From the human T2T-CHM13v2.0 reference genome, Homo sapiens, in assembly GCF_009914755.1 (NCBI RefSeq), contig NC_060936.1: a DNA stretch of 64,000 bases. The stretch is one strand, 5' to 3'. Below are positions 45,485 through 60,002 of the stretch, in pieces. Position 1 is the first letter of the stretch. Each line of letters starts with the position of its first letter. Both the position numbers and the translations under genes were made by a program. Under the pieces are notes generated by a model. That model did not search any database. It was not told where the DNA came from and saw only the letters and a program-made list of their open reading frames with translations.

Positions 45485-46329
45485 TAGGGGAAGACAGAAA
45501 TTTTGTGAGACTTGAAACTTACATGATTTGGGATACCCTATTTAAAGAAAGACAAAATTTTGACCTTTTCACATAGACCACAATTTCACAAAGAGAATTT
45601 TGTAGAGATAAAGAAGATAATCTACAGTCTGACACAGTTGATAGAATTTTGTTCTTCTTAGTTAAGAAAAGTTTCTTCCATCTTTACAACTGGATTTTGG
45701 CAAGGCCATGTAATATTCTCAGACTGTATCAAGTTTGAGAAAACTTGTAATCAAGTTTCTTATGAGCTGTAACATTTCGAAGAAATTTCCACAGACTAGC
45801 TTCTGGCTTCATATATTTAAAACGCAGTCGCTCTTCCACTACCCGCGTACTTCAAGTTTCTCATGACATGAGAGATGACCTCTGGCCCTAAAACCTGGTG
45901 TTATACTCTCAAGTGAGTCGGCTGTAGGATTATTCCTGGGAGACATTTCCATGATGGAATGGCTACTAATAACATATCCATAGTGACTATAATGTAGACC
46001 CAATAGATCTAGTTGGGTTGAGTGAGATATACTGACATCACATGTAGTCACTATACTATAATAACAAGAGACTGCAGATGATATCAATATATCCCACTCA
46101 GTCCAACAAGATCTATTTTCCTTTACCTGATTCCTCCAATGGCCACATCACCTCAACACTATAGCTATAAGGTGATATGTGATGGAAGGAGAGTTGGAAT
46201 ACAAATAGTGATAATAACCAATTTGCAATTCTAACAAAAACATATGCCCACATGATCACATTGCTAGTTCTCAACAGTGACCAGAGAATGGGCTTAAGCT
46301 TCACTCACTTTAAGACAAACCTGCCTGTG
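45485..46329 (+). mobile_element. Arthur1-like hAT-Tip100 DNA transposon remnant
   Basis: ttttgtgagacttgaaacttacatgatttggg...agactagcttctggct...gacctctggccct...aatatatcccact...cacattgctag...gcttaagcttca...aaacctgcctgtg resembles the recalled Arthur1 consensus. Confidence 0.7.
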
Positions 46330-48100
46330 GTTTTCACCAAGACTTTTTAATTTTTATCATCTTTAATGTGAGGTAGTTATACAGTCACCAGTTAAGTCAG
46401 TTAAATAAACTATTACATTCTGTCCCCCTATTACAACAATTCTTTTAAAATTTACATGGGTATGGCTGTATCTATAAAAAGAATCTTCAACATAACATAC
46501 AAATACTTCTGAAAACACTGTGAGAGCAGAATATCAACATATTAAGGACTGGTTATGCAGTTTATAAAAAAAAAGGTGGGGAAGAATCTTCACAGATTAT
46601 ATAATTTAGAGACAGACATTAATATTCCAGAAGGTGGGCATTTATATATCAATATCAATATTGACAGGATTGTAAAGATTTGCTGATTTTCCATTTTTGT
46701 TATCACTTTTTTAAGTCAATGGGACCGATCTCACCATCTTGCTGACATGGCATACTGATACCAGTTTCTGAAAATTCTACTTTTCTAAACTATCAGAAAA
46801 GGGCTGTTTATGTTAAGTTCTTTAGCCTTTCTCCTCCTCAAATGGCATAAAGTATCAAACCTAGTTTATATCTTTTGATTGTTCTATGGTGTATCTAGTG
46901 AAATAAATCAACTTGTCACAAAAGTAAATAGCAACAGAACGGAAACAGCTCCATTAAATAGTAAAGCACCATTTATAACATTATTCTGACAGCCTTAAGT
47001 CCTGGAAAAAAATAAGATCTGGAAGTCGCTGCTGCAAAAGCATCAGAAATACATGTGTTCGTAAGTGCAGATTCAAAATGCTAAACAGAATTCTGATGTA
47101 GGGACCCCACAGAATTAGATCAAATGTATCCATCTGTTCGCCTTCATGTAAATAATGCTTAAATGACCAGTGCTGGGACCTCTTGTAGGACAGGCCTTGA
47201 GACTTTCATTACATCTGTCACTTCCCCTGTTTACAGCTGCCTCATCAGTAACTCATGGGTTTTTTTTTTTTCCTCAACACTCAGAACAGCATCCCAAGGA
47301 AATGGCACCAGGAAAAGAGCTATTCCTTTATTTCTCTTCTCTCTACCAGATTTCGGTCTCAGTAACTAATATTAATCTCAAATATAATACACTCTTCATG
47401 GATGCATGGAAACACTTCAATAAAGCACTTTAGTTTCTTGTTTCCACTTCTGGAACTCAGAGGGGGCTATTTCATAAGCAAATGTGAATACCGCCATGCA
47501 AATGCCCACACTCTGAGAAGCACCGCCCCTTCCACACTTTCTACCTCTCACATGTGGTACATGGAATGGAGTCACCAAAATGCACAGCGTCCAGCAGGTT
47601 TAAACAGTTCTACACTGTTGACACTGCTAACAATATATCTAAGAGGGAAGCAATGCTACAACCTTCATCTCTGGATGGACTAGATTGTTACGGTGGCTGC
47701 ATTTTACTGAAGGCAAACATGTTTCCCTGAAAATCAAGTTTCATTTGCTGCGCACAAAGTAGCTTTGACCCCACAGGGATGAAGCCGACAGTGGCCAAGT
47801 TAGGAAAATCTAATCTACAAAAAATTGCACAATTCATCTCTCTTGGTTCTGCAATTGGCCTAATGCTGCATTTTCTGAAACCTTTCCTGTTTGAGAAAAC
47901 ACACCAGGTCTTAACATCCACAAAAGGTAAAATATGGAATTCCATTGACACAATGAAGTATAGGAAACAGCCAAGCTTTCCCAAGTTTGTGGTTTTTACA
48001 TTCGCGATAAGAAATATTCACCAAAAGTTTAGCACAGACATATATAGAACGTATTTATCATGTATAAGATATATATATGAACTTACAAATAAATTTTTAT

Positions 48101-48193
48101 AAGTATATATGAGTAAATATAAGTATATATGAGTAAATATAAGTATATATGAGTAAATATAAGTATATATGAGTAAACATAAGTATATATGAG
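48101..48193. repeat. 20-bp minisatellite, about 4.7 copies
   Basis: aagtatatatgagtaaatat x3, one variant copy, one partial copy. Confidence 0.95.
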
Positions 48194-48563
48194 AAAGAGC
48201 AACATACCAATGGTTTCTTTTATTGACAGCACATTTTTTCCTTACTAATACTTTCTAGTGCTAGAGGATCTTCATACTCTCGTGTACAACAAACTCACAC
48301 TTCTCCTTCAATACCCTCTTGTTTAAGTACATGTATCTATTCAAAGTCTTTGTTGCAACATAGAAAATTAAGTTAAGAAACAATGCATGTACTGGCTATT
48401 TAAGACACCCCCAAACACTTTAATCCTGACATTTAAAACTGCATGCACTGTGGACGGAAGTGCAAATATATAAAGACTAATAAACTTCTTGCTCTGAATT
48501 ATTTGTGCTCACTAAAGGATATTTTGTTCAGTGAAACTAAAACTGTTTTTTTGAAGTTCTTGG

Positions 48564-48862
48564 TTTTTGTTTGTTTGTTTGGAATGGAGTCTTGCTCTCT
48601 CAGCCACGCTAGAGTTCAGTGGTACAATCTTGGCTCACTGCAACTTCTGCCTCCCAGGTTCAAGTGATTCTCCTGCCTCAGCCCCTCCTGATCAGCTGGG
48701 ATTACAGGCGCACACCAGCACATCTGGCTAATTTTTGTAGTTTTTTTTGTAGAGATGAGATTTTACCATGTTGGCCAGGCCGGTTTTGAACTCCTGACCT
48801 CAAGTGATCTGCCCACCTTGGCCTCCCAAAATGCTGGGTGGCATGAGCCACCGCACCTGGCC
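48564..48862 (-). mobile_element. AluS
   Basis: (TTTG)n tail; cctgacctcaagtgatctgcccacc. Confidence 0.92.
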
Positions 48863-49920
48863 TTGAATACTGTTTTTCACAGGGTACCTCTTATTTGGTG
48901 TATCTAATATGCTGCCTATAGACTATATGAATCAGGACCTGTGTGCGGTATAAAGCCAATGGTCTTTGCTAAAGAACATTAAGTAAAAATCTCATTTTAC
49001 CCAGTGCATTATTTTAGAATATGTCTCATCCTTAAAATCTGAAGCACTCACAGAACAAAAAATTAAATCTGAGAAATAAAATATCCTAACACGGTGCTGA
49101 AAAACTTCATAATCTTTCACTTGAACACCAAGCCAAGGTTTATGTGAGACTCCATCCTAGGGCACTTAGTTTCTGCATTAGCAGAAGTATCTCTTTATAC
49201 GCTGGTTTTATTTCATTAAGATATCATCATCAAAATTCATCTGCCTCATCATTTCTCATGAATGTTTCAGTAGGAACACTGCAAAATAACACAATAGAAA
49301 AAGGTAACTGTTTCCACATTATTGTGAGATTTCCTCGCTGATAAATGAGAGAAGTCACAGACATTTAAGACTATTTGACGGTGAAGCCACAGCGCTCCTT
49401 CTGCAGTGTTTCTCTAAAACTCTGTCCTTGGTGAAGAAGTGAGAACTCCGAATAGATCTAGCCATGGTTCACAAAAATCAGGTCCTAAGACCAGTGCCTC
49501 TTGAGCTTGTTTCTCCCTTCTTGACACAGTTGTCACTTATAAGCATATGTGGATATTTATACTGTAAAACTCATAAATAAGTGAGGAAAGTACCTTTTGA
49601 AGAAGTGAAAAGCAATGGTTGTGTCTTTCTCGCTGAGAATTCTGATAATTCAACTTTCTGACAGTAGCAATCATGTCAAATGTCAGGGCAGTGAAAGTAA
49701 TATGGAATCACTCTCCTACGCAGCCAATATGTTCTGTAGATTTCTTGTCCTAACTAAGGCATTATCACTTCACAGTTATCTAGAAAGCAAATCTGTAATC
49801 GGCAGATACATTGTTCTTAAAAAAAAAAAAAAAAAAAGTAGTTTGAAAAAATGCTGCTCTCTTTTATTTCTTAGTATAGTTTCTGCCACCTGGATACTTG
49901 CAGACCCCACATGGCCCTAC

Positions 49921-49931
49921 ACAGACAGACA

Positions 49932-49970
<39 letters not shown>
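49921..49970. repeat. (CAGA)n(CA)n microsatellite
   Basis: acagacagacagacacacac... Confidence 0.95.
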
Positions 49971-49971
<1 letters not shown>

Positions 49972-49979
49972 GAGGGTCC

Positions 49980-50520
49980 TGTAGCTAATCCCTAATCTAC
50001 TCATTACCCTAAACTGCCAGACAGTTAATTGAATTAATAATTTTTTGTATTTGACAGTCAGAGACATGACGGTAGTTATGCTAAGTCGTTTACAGTTTTA
50101 ACTTAGAGGAAACTAAAATAGAGTTTAGGTTCTTTCTTAATCATCTGCTTAAATTTCCTCCTTGTAATTAAAACTGTAGATCCAACCTGTAATTCGGTGA
50201 AAATTTTGAAAGTGACTAATACTCATTACCCAGGAGGCTTATCTAATGTAATGTACATTACAGAGCACAGCACTTATGGGTTTAAAATCACTGGTTCTTT
50301 CTGTTCAAAACAACCAGCGCTGAGCTTCATCTTCGACAGTCTTCCCATTCTCAGATTTTTTTCTTTCTTTCCAATAAAACAAACTGTTCTCTTCTTTCTC
50401 CACACAGCACGGGCTGAAAAGCAGCCCAATACCGCAGCGTGGGTATACGGAAATGGAATTTCATTAACTACTACAAGTGGTCCACGAGCTAAATTAATTA
50501 ACCAAAACAGGTAAAATTCC
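49980..50520. promoter_or_regulatory. Candidate homeodomain-rich enhancer block
   Basis: Repeat-free. Repeated ctaat(ct)actcattaccc, many TAAT cores, 16-bp palindrome at 50247-50262, CpG cluster at about 50410-50490. Confidence 0.35.
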
Positions 50521-51078
50521 CACTCTCTTCCTTAAATATTGCTAAAGCAGTATTGCTTCAAATAATGAACAGATCCTCCATAGCTGGCAAATGACTCAAC
50601 AAGCCGAGAAGATCTGATACCTTTTAAGATTGTCTTTTGTATTCTCACTGCATTCCCAGTGCTGCAGGTCAGGTCAAGAACTTCAGGAACTACTGCACTA
50701 TGGAAACGCAGCATCTGTGGGTCTGGAACTGTGAGTGACTGCTCAGAACATTCTCCGAAGGAAAAGAATTGTGCAAGGGAATACTGTACCAGCTGCCAGC
50801 TCATAACTAGCACTGTCTGCTGGGCAGGAGTAACGATGTTTATCCTGAGAGCCAGCATCCAACATCAATGCGCTCACCCTTTTCTACTCCCTATTTCCTT
50901 AAAATTGGCACTTCCATATGAATACTAGATGACAGTTATTGACTATATATGTAGGTTAACTATTACTGAAAAGCTATTAACCACCCTCCCTATGAATACG
51001 CATTACTCCTTTTTTTCAAAGTGACAATTTCTCCTTCAAAAATTACATTATGTTCTTATTCCCCAAAAGTGGCAGTTT

Positions 51079-51391
<313 letters not shown>

Positions 51392-51599
51392 TAAAGAAAC
51401 TGAATTTTAAAGGATCTTACAAAACATTATCAAACTTCTCTTCCAATTCCAAGTGTATTAAAACGGGTATGTATTCCTAATATTTTTAAAAGTTGTTTCA
51501 CGATATTTTAATCAATGGAGATGAGTAATAGGGCCAGGTATTAGTTATGTAGAAATGTTATACTCAAATACTATATTATGTAGTAGCACCAGCAGCAAC

Positions 51600-51780
51600 A
51601 GTGTTAATATGTACTAATAGAACAGTTTCTATGTGTCACCTATTATTTCTAGTATTTTACATATACTTTTTTCATTTAAATCTCAGAAAAATACTACGAG
51701 AGAAGAACTTGCATTTATGTACTTGCTGAAGGTCACACAGATAGGAAGGTGCAAAACCATAATTCTAATTCTGATCCCAG
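51600..51780 (-). mobile_element. MIR fragment
   Basis: ttttacatata...tcatttaaatctca...acttgctgaaggtcacacagatagg. Confidence 0.6.
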
Positions 51781-54700
51781 AGTAGTCAAAAAAAAAAAAA
51801 AAAAAAACTACATTTTTTTAACCTAATTGTGAATGTATTTTTGGAAGGTTAAATTTTTTAAGTACGTAAATAGCCAGGAGTGAGAAAGTTAACCACATAA
51901 ATCCCTAGTTTTCAGTATGTAAAATATCACAAAGAGTTTTCATATTATTAGAAAAAGATGGCCAGGAAAGGGTATTGAGCTGTTATTTCACAATGAAAGT
52001 TTACAAGTATTGGGTCTATGTGTGAGAATGCAGCAGTTATCAACATTCAAAGATAATTCATAGCTATAGATACTGAGTTTTCTTTTCTCTACTTTGCAGG
52101 GTGAAACACTTGAATTCAGAGATTTTATTACCAATACAAAGAGCTACAATGTTAACTCTTGCGTTTCTGGGTGGGTCTTTATCTTCTTAAGTTATCTCCA
52201 AGACTGACCACCAGTCCTGGGGAAAATTTCTTTTCAATGATTGCCCTGAGTAGCTTTGACTCTCAATTCCCCTAAAATGTGAGAGACTATTCAGCAATTT
52301 ACGACAAGTTATCTATTTGATGTTACGTGTCAGAATAAATGGGAAAAAACAGACCCAAGTCTGAAAGAATGAAGGTGTTTACAATGTATCTCTCATTCTT
52401 GATATCCAGCCCGGTGAGAATCTCATATTTTAAGTATTTTTTTTTTCCTTTTTAACTGCCAGTGCTTATATCTGGGTATATTAAAAGGCCTCAGAGATTA
52501 TAACCTATCCAGGCAGGGATTCACATTTTATAACTTATTGTCTATTGTTTAACAGATTTAAAATTTTCTGCACAGTATCTTCAAATCTCCAGAGAAAAGA
52601 GGCTATATAAATTCAAAATAAACAAACACTAGACAGTTTATGTGGTAGCATTTTTGATTTCCTGATATGCCTTCCCAACTGGCTCATGAACGTGAATTCA
52701 TTTAATAAATTAATTTCAGAAAAATAAAACGAATTTATCCCTAGTGAATGTCATTCTTTCCTACTACGCCAACGAAGTGATCCGAAGCTCTGCATCAAAC
52801 AAAGGCTTATTTCTAGTGGCAAAAAAATGTGTCTCCTCTGACATGATGCTTATCATCTGTGTCTACCCGTTATTTGATGACCCCTTACCATGCTCTCTGT
52901 GTGATATTTAATTTGCTAAGACTAAAGAGGCCACAACAACCCTTCATTTTACCAAGAAATCTCAAAGGTAAATAAAATTCTGGAGGCATTTCCTAAAGAA
53001 ACAAAACAAGTACAAGCTTTTCCTTAGGAACTTCAACAAGAAAAAAACAATTCAAGAATTTAGGGAATATCTGAGAACAAAGCGAAACACTGCTTTCATG
53101 AACAATTTAAATGTATTTTAAACTTATTTTGACTTATTCAAAAGCCACAATGCTACGTCTTTAATAGTCGACAAAGTTCTGAGACTGAAATTCTGCCAGT
53201 GGTAACTTCTGGGTTCAGAAAAATAGAAAAACATGCCAGAAGGGGAAAAACCTGTGGATATAGGAAAGGGAGACCCTACATTTAAGAATTAAAGTATACT
53301 GGAATTCAGCTATATCTGCATTAACTATATGCGTTAGCTAGTTACAGGAAGCCTTAAAAATGGTGTTAAATGCACCATCTGGAATCTTGTAAAATGAACT
53401 TTTACCTGATGGTTGGTGGCAATTTATTACTAAACACAAGAGAGATGTGTGAGCTATTTTGGACTCAAATAGGACATTATCCTTGCAACGAGACCAATAT
53501 TCACTAAGCAACATATCCACTGAGCGGTATAACAGACCACTGAAATTGTTGTAAAGATCCTATAGCATTATGGATTTCAGTCTGTGAACCAAGAGACTTT
53601 TTATTCCTTCTGTTACTCTCTCCCCACAACTTCTTTCTTCCAGGAAGCCATCCAGTAATAGTTTTTCCAAAACTATAATCTTTCTTAAATTTTCATACTT
53701 TGAGTCTTAAAAACAGTATATTGCCTATTCACAGAGGCCCCAATCCCAGAGGTAGCTGATAGTCTACACGTCACCACAACTTGTGAGAACCCAGTGTTAG
53801 GATTTTACTGTTGCAGGGACCAGACACTCATTTTAAAACTGCTTTCTGCTATACCATTTTGTCTCTGTGCATATGTTGAATATGTGTGCCTTAACTGGAA
53901 TTTAATTTGCATCTATCAAGAATGTTGACCTATGTCTTTCAAATGATCCTTGCATAGTTTCATACAGAAAACCTTCTTCTTCTACCACTGCCACTACAAA
54001 AGTTTAGGAATAACGAGAATTCGAGGGTCTCTGTACTCTCAGCAAGTGCCCTGAGGTTGCCTCAGTGCTCCCTGCCATGAGCCAGCAGCTGCCATAACCT
54101 TCTGCCACGCGGAAGACCCAGGGACAAGCAGCCCGCAAGCTCTGCTTCCTAGTTTGCCTCCAACTGCATACATAAAGTCGCTGTTGATCCTGACACTCTA
54201 ATGCCAATAGTAGTTATTGAAAGTGTTCCAATTCAAGAGACAATCTCATTCTCTTAGACCTATTCCACTTTATACTGAAATGCCATGACAGCCGTCTCAA
54301 AAAGTTGCCCCAAATGCCTTATCTTAAGTGTCTGGATTATTTACGGAAAGCATCAATCTCAGTGGATACATCTAACAATAACTATGACTATATCTTATTA
54401 CAATGATGAATATTCCTTATGATATACTACATATAATCATGAATGTATCTCATAATATCTTATGATATATTATGATAACCATGAATTATGCATTTTCCAC
54501 CTCTCCACATTCAAATAAAAGAGCAGGCGCCAAAATGTAACTTTGTGGAAAGTTTCTAGCAATACTAGAACAGTTAGCTTGTTAATAAAACAGTATAAAG
54601 CAAAGGGAGATGAATATTTTGAATTATTCAGCCCTTTATTGCAGTTTCTAATAATGTAGTGCTCTGACTGAAACGTTTATTTCTGAAGTTATTCTTTTTC

Positions 54701-56699
54701 TGTAATTTTTTAAACCAGCATGAGTGCGCACACGTAAATTTGTACTGTCCTGGGTGGAGGATGAAGAAAAATGCATTTTCCTACCCCTGGCTGCAGGAAG
54801 TCAATAAAGCATGCAGACGTCAGGGATAAAATGACTATGATCCAAGCTGATTTTAACACACTAAGAATATTTTCCCCCAATTCTGTTCTTTGGGCAAAAT
54901 ACAGCAACTACATCAGTTCTGATGAGACAAGAAGTAATAGTATTTTTTTGCTACAAAGTATATATATATATAATTATTTATGTTCACATATATGAATACA
55001 TGTTCATAAGGTCTTTATAAAATCTCAATATCTTTAGTGTAATAGACATGTTTCTCTAAGTTTCTCTTGGTTACTTCAACAAAAAATAAAATAAAATGTA
55101 AAATACAACTGGGTGGGAAGTTCCCATTTTTGGGCATGGTTCTATCCAAATACAAGAAGATTCAGACATGTCATAAAATATCTCCTAAAGATATTTCTAT
55201 ACTGATTCCCATTTTGTCCTTTCTCTGTTTCTCTCACCCCTACATATGTATGTCCATGGGGTATTATTCAATTAAAAGAAGACATGACAAAATAATAACA
55301 TGTATCTGCTTATATGAATTTAACATTGTTATAGGTCTATTCACAAATATCTTGATTTCTTGGAGCACTGAATCTATCTACAAAAACCCACGGGGAAGGG
55401 TTCTATACAAGTACTTTTCACTATAATTCGTTCTAGGGACACTTTGTAAGTAAGAGCTTGAAAAACATTTTCAGAGAGTTTCAAGACCTTGCTTCTTGCC
55501 ATACAAAACATGGGAAAAGCAGGCTCTGAAAAAGTATAAAGAGGGATGGATCTATGAGTTTTGATTTTTTTTTTTCCCTAAGCATTACAAGTTCCCAGGC
55601 TATGGGTATATTTAAGAGAATTCTCTGTGGGTAGTCAGAAACAAGGCAATGCTAACCCTGCTAAAAGTTTTAATATGGCTGGAAGTTGCAGCCCACAGCA
55701 AATGATAGAGAAAAATGAATGGCCAAGGATTTCAATACTAAAAATGAAGGGAGAATGTCATCATTGTTGCCCAGAATCAGTCTCCAAATATGAATGATTA
55801 ACTAGGGACAGGGTCCAATGCGTCACAATGGGACATATCAAAAGCCATTATACAGGGACAGCTGATGACAACAGTGCTCAGAGTGGGGAAAATGAAATTG
55901 CTGACTTCACATTAGTTATAGGGGAAAAACAACAACAGTAACAAAAACCAAAAAAAAACCTGATTTTCTGAAAATAATGCACACTCAAAAAATTGCACCA
56001 AATTTAAAAGCACACCAAGATCAGTATGAACCAGAAAGGCCAAAGGAAAGTGAATACATTATATAAGACAAGGCTTACAAATGAGACCATTTTTTATACC
56101 ATTAGAGAAAGGCCAACAAGAAACTTTCAGCACAACACAAATATATACCAAAAGGAAGGAAGGTTGTATAAGGCTCTATATTTGTAGGTGAATTTTCTTG
56201 GCCACATAAAATTTTTAAAATATCATTAAAAATGAGTAAAATTCATACACATCCAATATAGTTCAGATATTCCTTAAAGTTGACTGATTTCTCCTACCCA
56301 AAAGTTAATAGCATATTACAGTAATCATACAGAGTATAGGGGACAAAACAAGACGTTAGACATCATGTTCATAGGAATTCAAAAAGTACTTTTATTTGAC
56401 CACTGAAAAATGTCAAGTAAAACATATTTGGCCCTTGATGAGAGCAGAAACCTTGTTAATCACTGGCAATAGGTGCTCTATTTATATAGCACAGTATCTA
56501 AACAAAAAAATAGGTATTTTTAAGTTTAGATTTCCTTTAAATATAGCAAACTTTGTAGGAAGAAGCTTAATTGAGTTATAAGTACTATAATACAGGTATT
56601 CCAGATGTAATTCCTATAGTTGAAGAAAGTATAAAAGATGTCTCTTAATATTTGCATTAAATAATTGTGTTTCTGGCAGTGCTCAGTAACACATCACAT

Positions 56700-56865
56700 G
56701 AGTAAATGAAGGTCACCGATTCCTTCTCCTGTGTTCTGTTTGTAGAAAGCAAATCCTAAGTCCATGTCACACTCAAAGGGAGGGGATTTCACAAAGGTGT
56801 GAATGCCAGGAGGTGAGGATCAAAGGGGAGAGAGAGGGGGAGGCACCTTAAAAGCTGCCAACCAC
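56700..56865 (-). mobile_element. MLT1 (MaLR) LTR fragment
   Basis: cacactcaaagggagggga...aaaggtgtgaatgccaggaggtgaggatca...gctgccaaccaca. Confidence 0.75.
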
Positions 56866-57089
56866 AATAGGTAAACTGAAAACTCAGAAAATTCTGTCAA
56901 TTAACTTATTCTTTTTTTTTGAAAATTGGGGAAAGACAATTGTTCAATTATATGTTCCACTAAAACATAATGTTGAGGCTACAGCACTAATGGAGCTCGA
57001 TGGTTCTTTCCAATACTAATGGACTGAGTATCGATGAGTCTACGGCATACACTACACAAAAATATATGTCAGAACGTAACATAATGAAT

Positions 57090-57960
57090 ATCTTAAGAAA
57101 GGCTTCATAAAGTGCAGGAGTTCTCTCTTAAAGAAAGAAATAGCATGTATCATCAAGAGTCAAGGAAGAAGGTTTTGACAGGTAGATTTTAGAGTAAAGA
57201 GAATTCCATGTCAAAGAGATAGCATGAACCAAGAAAAATAGCAAGTAGGAAAATATACAATTCTTCTAAGAAATGGAAAACTGTCTTGGTTTTAGAATAT
57301 CGGATATGTTGGGTAGAAGAATGGAAAATGAAGTAGAAATGGAAGATTGGGTTAGATCAGAAAGGACCATGAATGCAATCCAAAGAGACTGTACTATGTT
57401 AGAAAAAGAGGAAATTTTCTGATTAAAGGAGGAATATCTTCAGTGCTATAATTCAGAAATCAAAGCCTGACAGCCATAAAAGGAACTCAGAACTTGACAG
57501 CAGAGGAAGATTGAGCAGTTTGGCAGCTAGGTGGTCTGACAGAGGATTGCAGCTTTGGGATAAAAAGGAGAGGCCTCTCCACAGCACTGGTGTTTTGCAG
57601 ACCTCGCTCTTGGGCCATGTTCTCTACTCGCTTCGTATTTTAGCTCAAATCACTCTCCTGACCATTTTCAATATATCTCTACACAAATGATTAACAGGTA
57701 CAACAAACTTAGCATGTCCCCCAATTTACTCATCATTAAACCTGTCCTCCTGTCAAGCCTGCTCTCCTCTCATATTCCTTCTCTTTGTTAGCACGATTGT
57801 TGATTCCGTGCCCCAAGAAAGAGGCTGGACAGTCTAGACCCTCCCTCTCCCTCACCTTTCAATCAGCGTGGTCATCGTCACTGCTGACTCTACCTCCTGC
57901 CTTCCATTTCCAATACCGCTGACTTACTTCAGTTCCTCAGGAAGTCTTGCTACCACAACA
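57090..57960. mobile_element. L2 fragments (opposite orientations)
   Basis: Purine-rich antisense L2-like segment (about 57090-57570), then caaacttagcatgtcc...ctgtcctcct...cctctccctcacc...ctgactctacctcc sense L2. Confidence 0.5.
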
Positions 57961-58470
57961 CAAAGACAACTGAATAACCTAGGGGCACCCTCCCCCTCAA
58001 TCAATGCCTTGGTCCTGAAGAAGATGCTGGAAGAATGACGATGATCAAAGGGAAGAGTTCCGAAGACCCCACAATGACTGATGTTAGATTTTTCCACCAG
58101 GCTGGTAGAATTGTGGCCTGAGAGTCGATAATTATGTTATTATGACTAATTATGCTATTATAGGATAATTATGTCAATAATTATGTTAAATAGTAGAAAA
58201 TAAAGAAAGTGATATTTCTCAAACACATGAGATTATGTTCTGATGTTTATCCACAGTAAGCACAAGGATCTCTCCAGGGATTGCTAAAAATCCTTGAACA
58301 CGCCTAAGTGTAACAAAGAGAGATGTCAATCCTTAGAACTGCACCCAATATGCTTTGTGACAGTGATGGTGATTCTGTTGGACAGCTTGTCTACAGAGAT
58401 GGGGGTTCATGAATCATTCCTGAAATATCAGGGTCTTGATGAAAATGAGTTTTGCCTTTAAATTCCATAA

Positions 58471-58903
<433 letters not shown>

Positions 58904-60002
58904 GATGAAAGATATTTTAAAGATCTCCACCTCAGAATCCACACTTATTTTAAAAAGCAAATCAAGACCAAACAAAAACAACCCTATAGAACTCTTCCTG
59001 CAAAGGGATGGGTTCTGCCCAAGGAACGTGAGGATCAGAAAATATAGATCTGACCTGTTTTGAACAGGTTTCAGCAGGTGCAAATTGTGTATCACTCTCT
59101 GCTTAAGAGATTGTCAGACTGAGTCCCACACCCATAGAAAATTCTCCTGAAAGTGGAATTCAGGGCTGGCAGGAAATGATAAAGGCGGGGAAAGTGGGCG
59201 TTTGCTGTTCACCTCTGAGGAGCCAGGGAAGCCAGGCACAAGTTGGGTGATGCCTGCACCGCCAGCTCTGATCTGGAGATAAAGAAGACGAGACCTGGCA
59301 CAGCAGTTCAAAGCTTGCTGTAATGTTTTTAGAATGCCAGCAGCAAAGTGACTCCAAAAGGACAAATGGGCAATGGCCCTCAATCTATGATTCTGCCACC
59401 GAAGTGTGGACTGGGGTCATGCAAAGATTGTTATTTCCATAAAAAAAGCAGAGAGCGCTCTGGCCACTTTGACAAGAGAAAAAATTTCTTACACTTTCCC
59501 ATGACCATAAGGAAGTGCAATCAATCTTCTTCAGGCTTTGCTTGCAGGGAAGATGAATGTTTGTTGTGCCTAGATGGCACCCACAAAGAAGCCCACATCC
59601 AGCAAGGAGAAAGACAAAGAATGCTGGGAGAGGCAACGCTGAGGCCACTTCTGGGGGCTCAAAACATGGAGCATTTTCCTCTCACATCCAAGATAGCCAA
59701 AACCCAGAGAGGGGAGAGAAAGGGGCAAAAACATCCTTTTGGAGACAAACCCCAAGTAAGAAGGTAGGTGGGGATGATAGCCACCCTTCTACTCCTACCC
59801 CTAAATGTGAACAAATGTCACAAATGCCCAAATCCCAGCTTGAGTGCCCAGACTAAGGGCAAGGCAGCTACTATGAGAAAGGAGAGAACACAGCTGGAGA
59901 CACTGGGCAGCCTGTTCCCTCCACCAAATTATATAATGTCCATCACCTTCTGCCAAGGACCAATGCTCACCTTCCAAAAACTACACGATGATTAAAGATG
60001 GT

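Noticed and set aside
50532-50928. Overlapping 108-aa and 89-aa ORFs on opposite strands
   Set aside because: No homology that I recognise and non-ATG starts; expected by chance.
53405-53540. Possible minus-strand exon (tttcag ... CAG|GTAAAA) with one open frame
   Set aside because: Weak polypyrimidine tract and unrecognised peptide; not supportable without junction data.
59348-59995. Cluster of overlapping ORFs up to 139 aa
   Set aside because: No recognisable domain or convincing splice signals; explained by locally higher GC.
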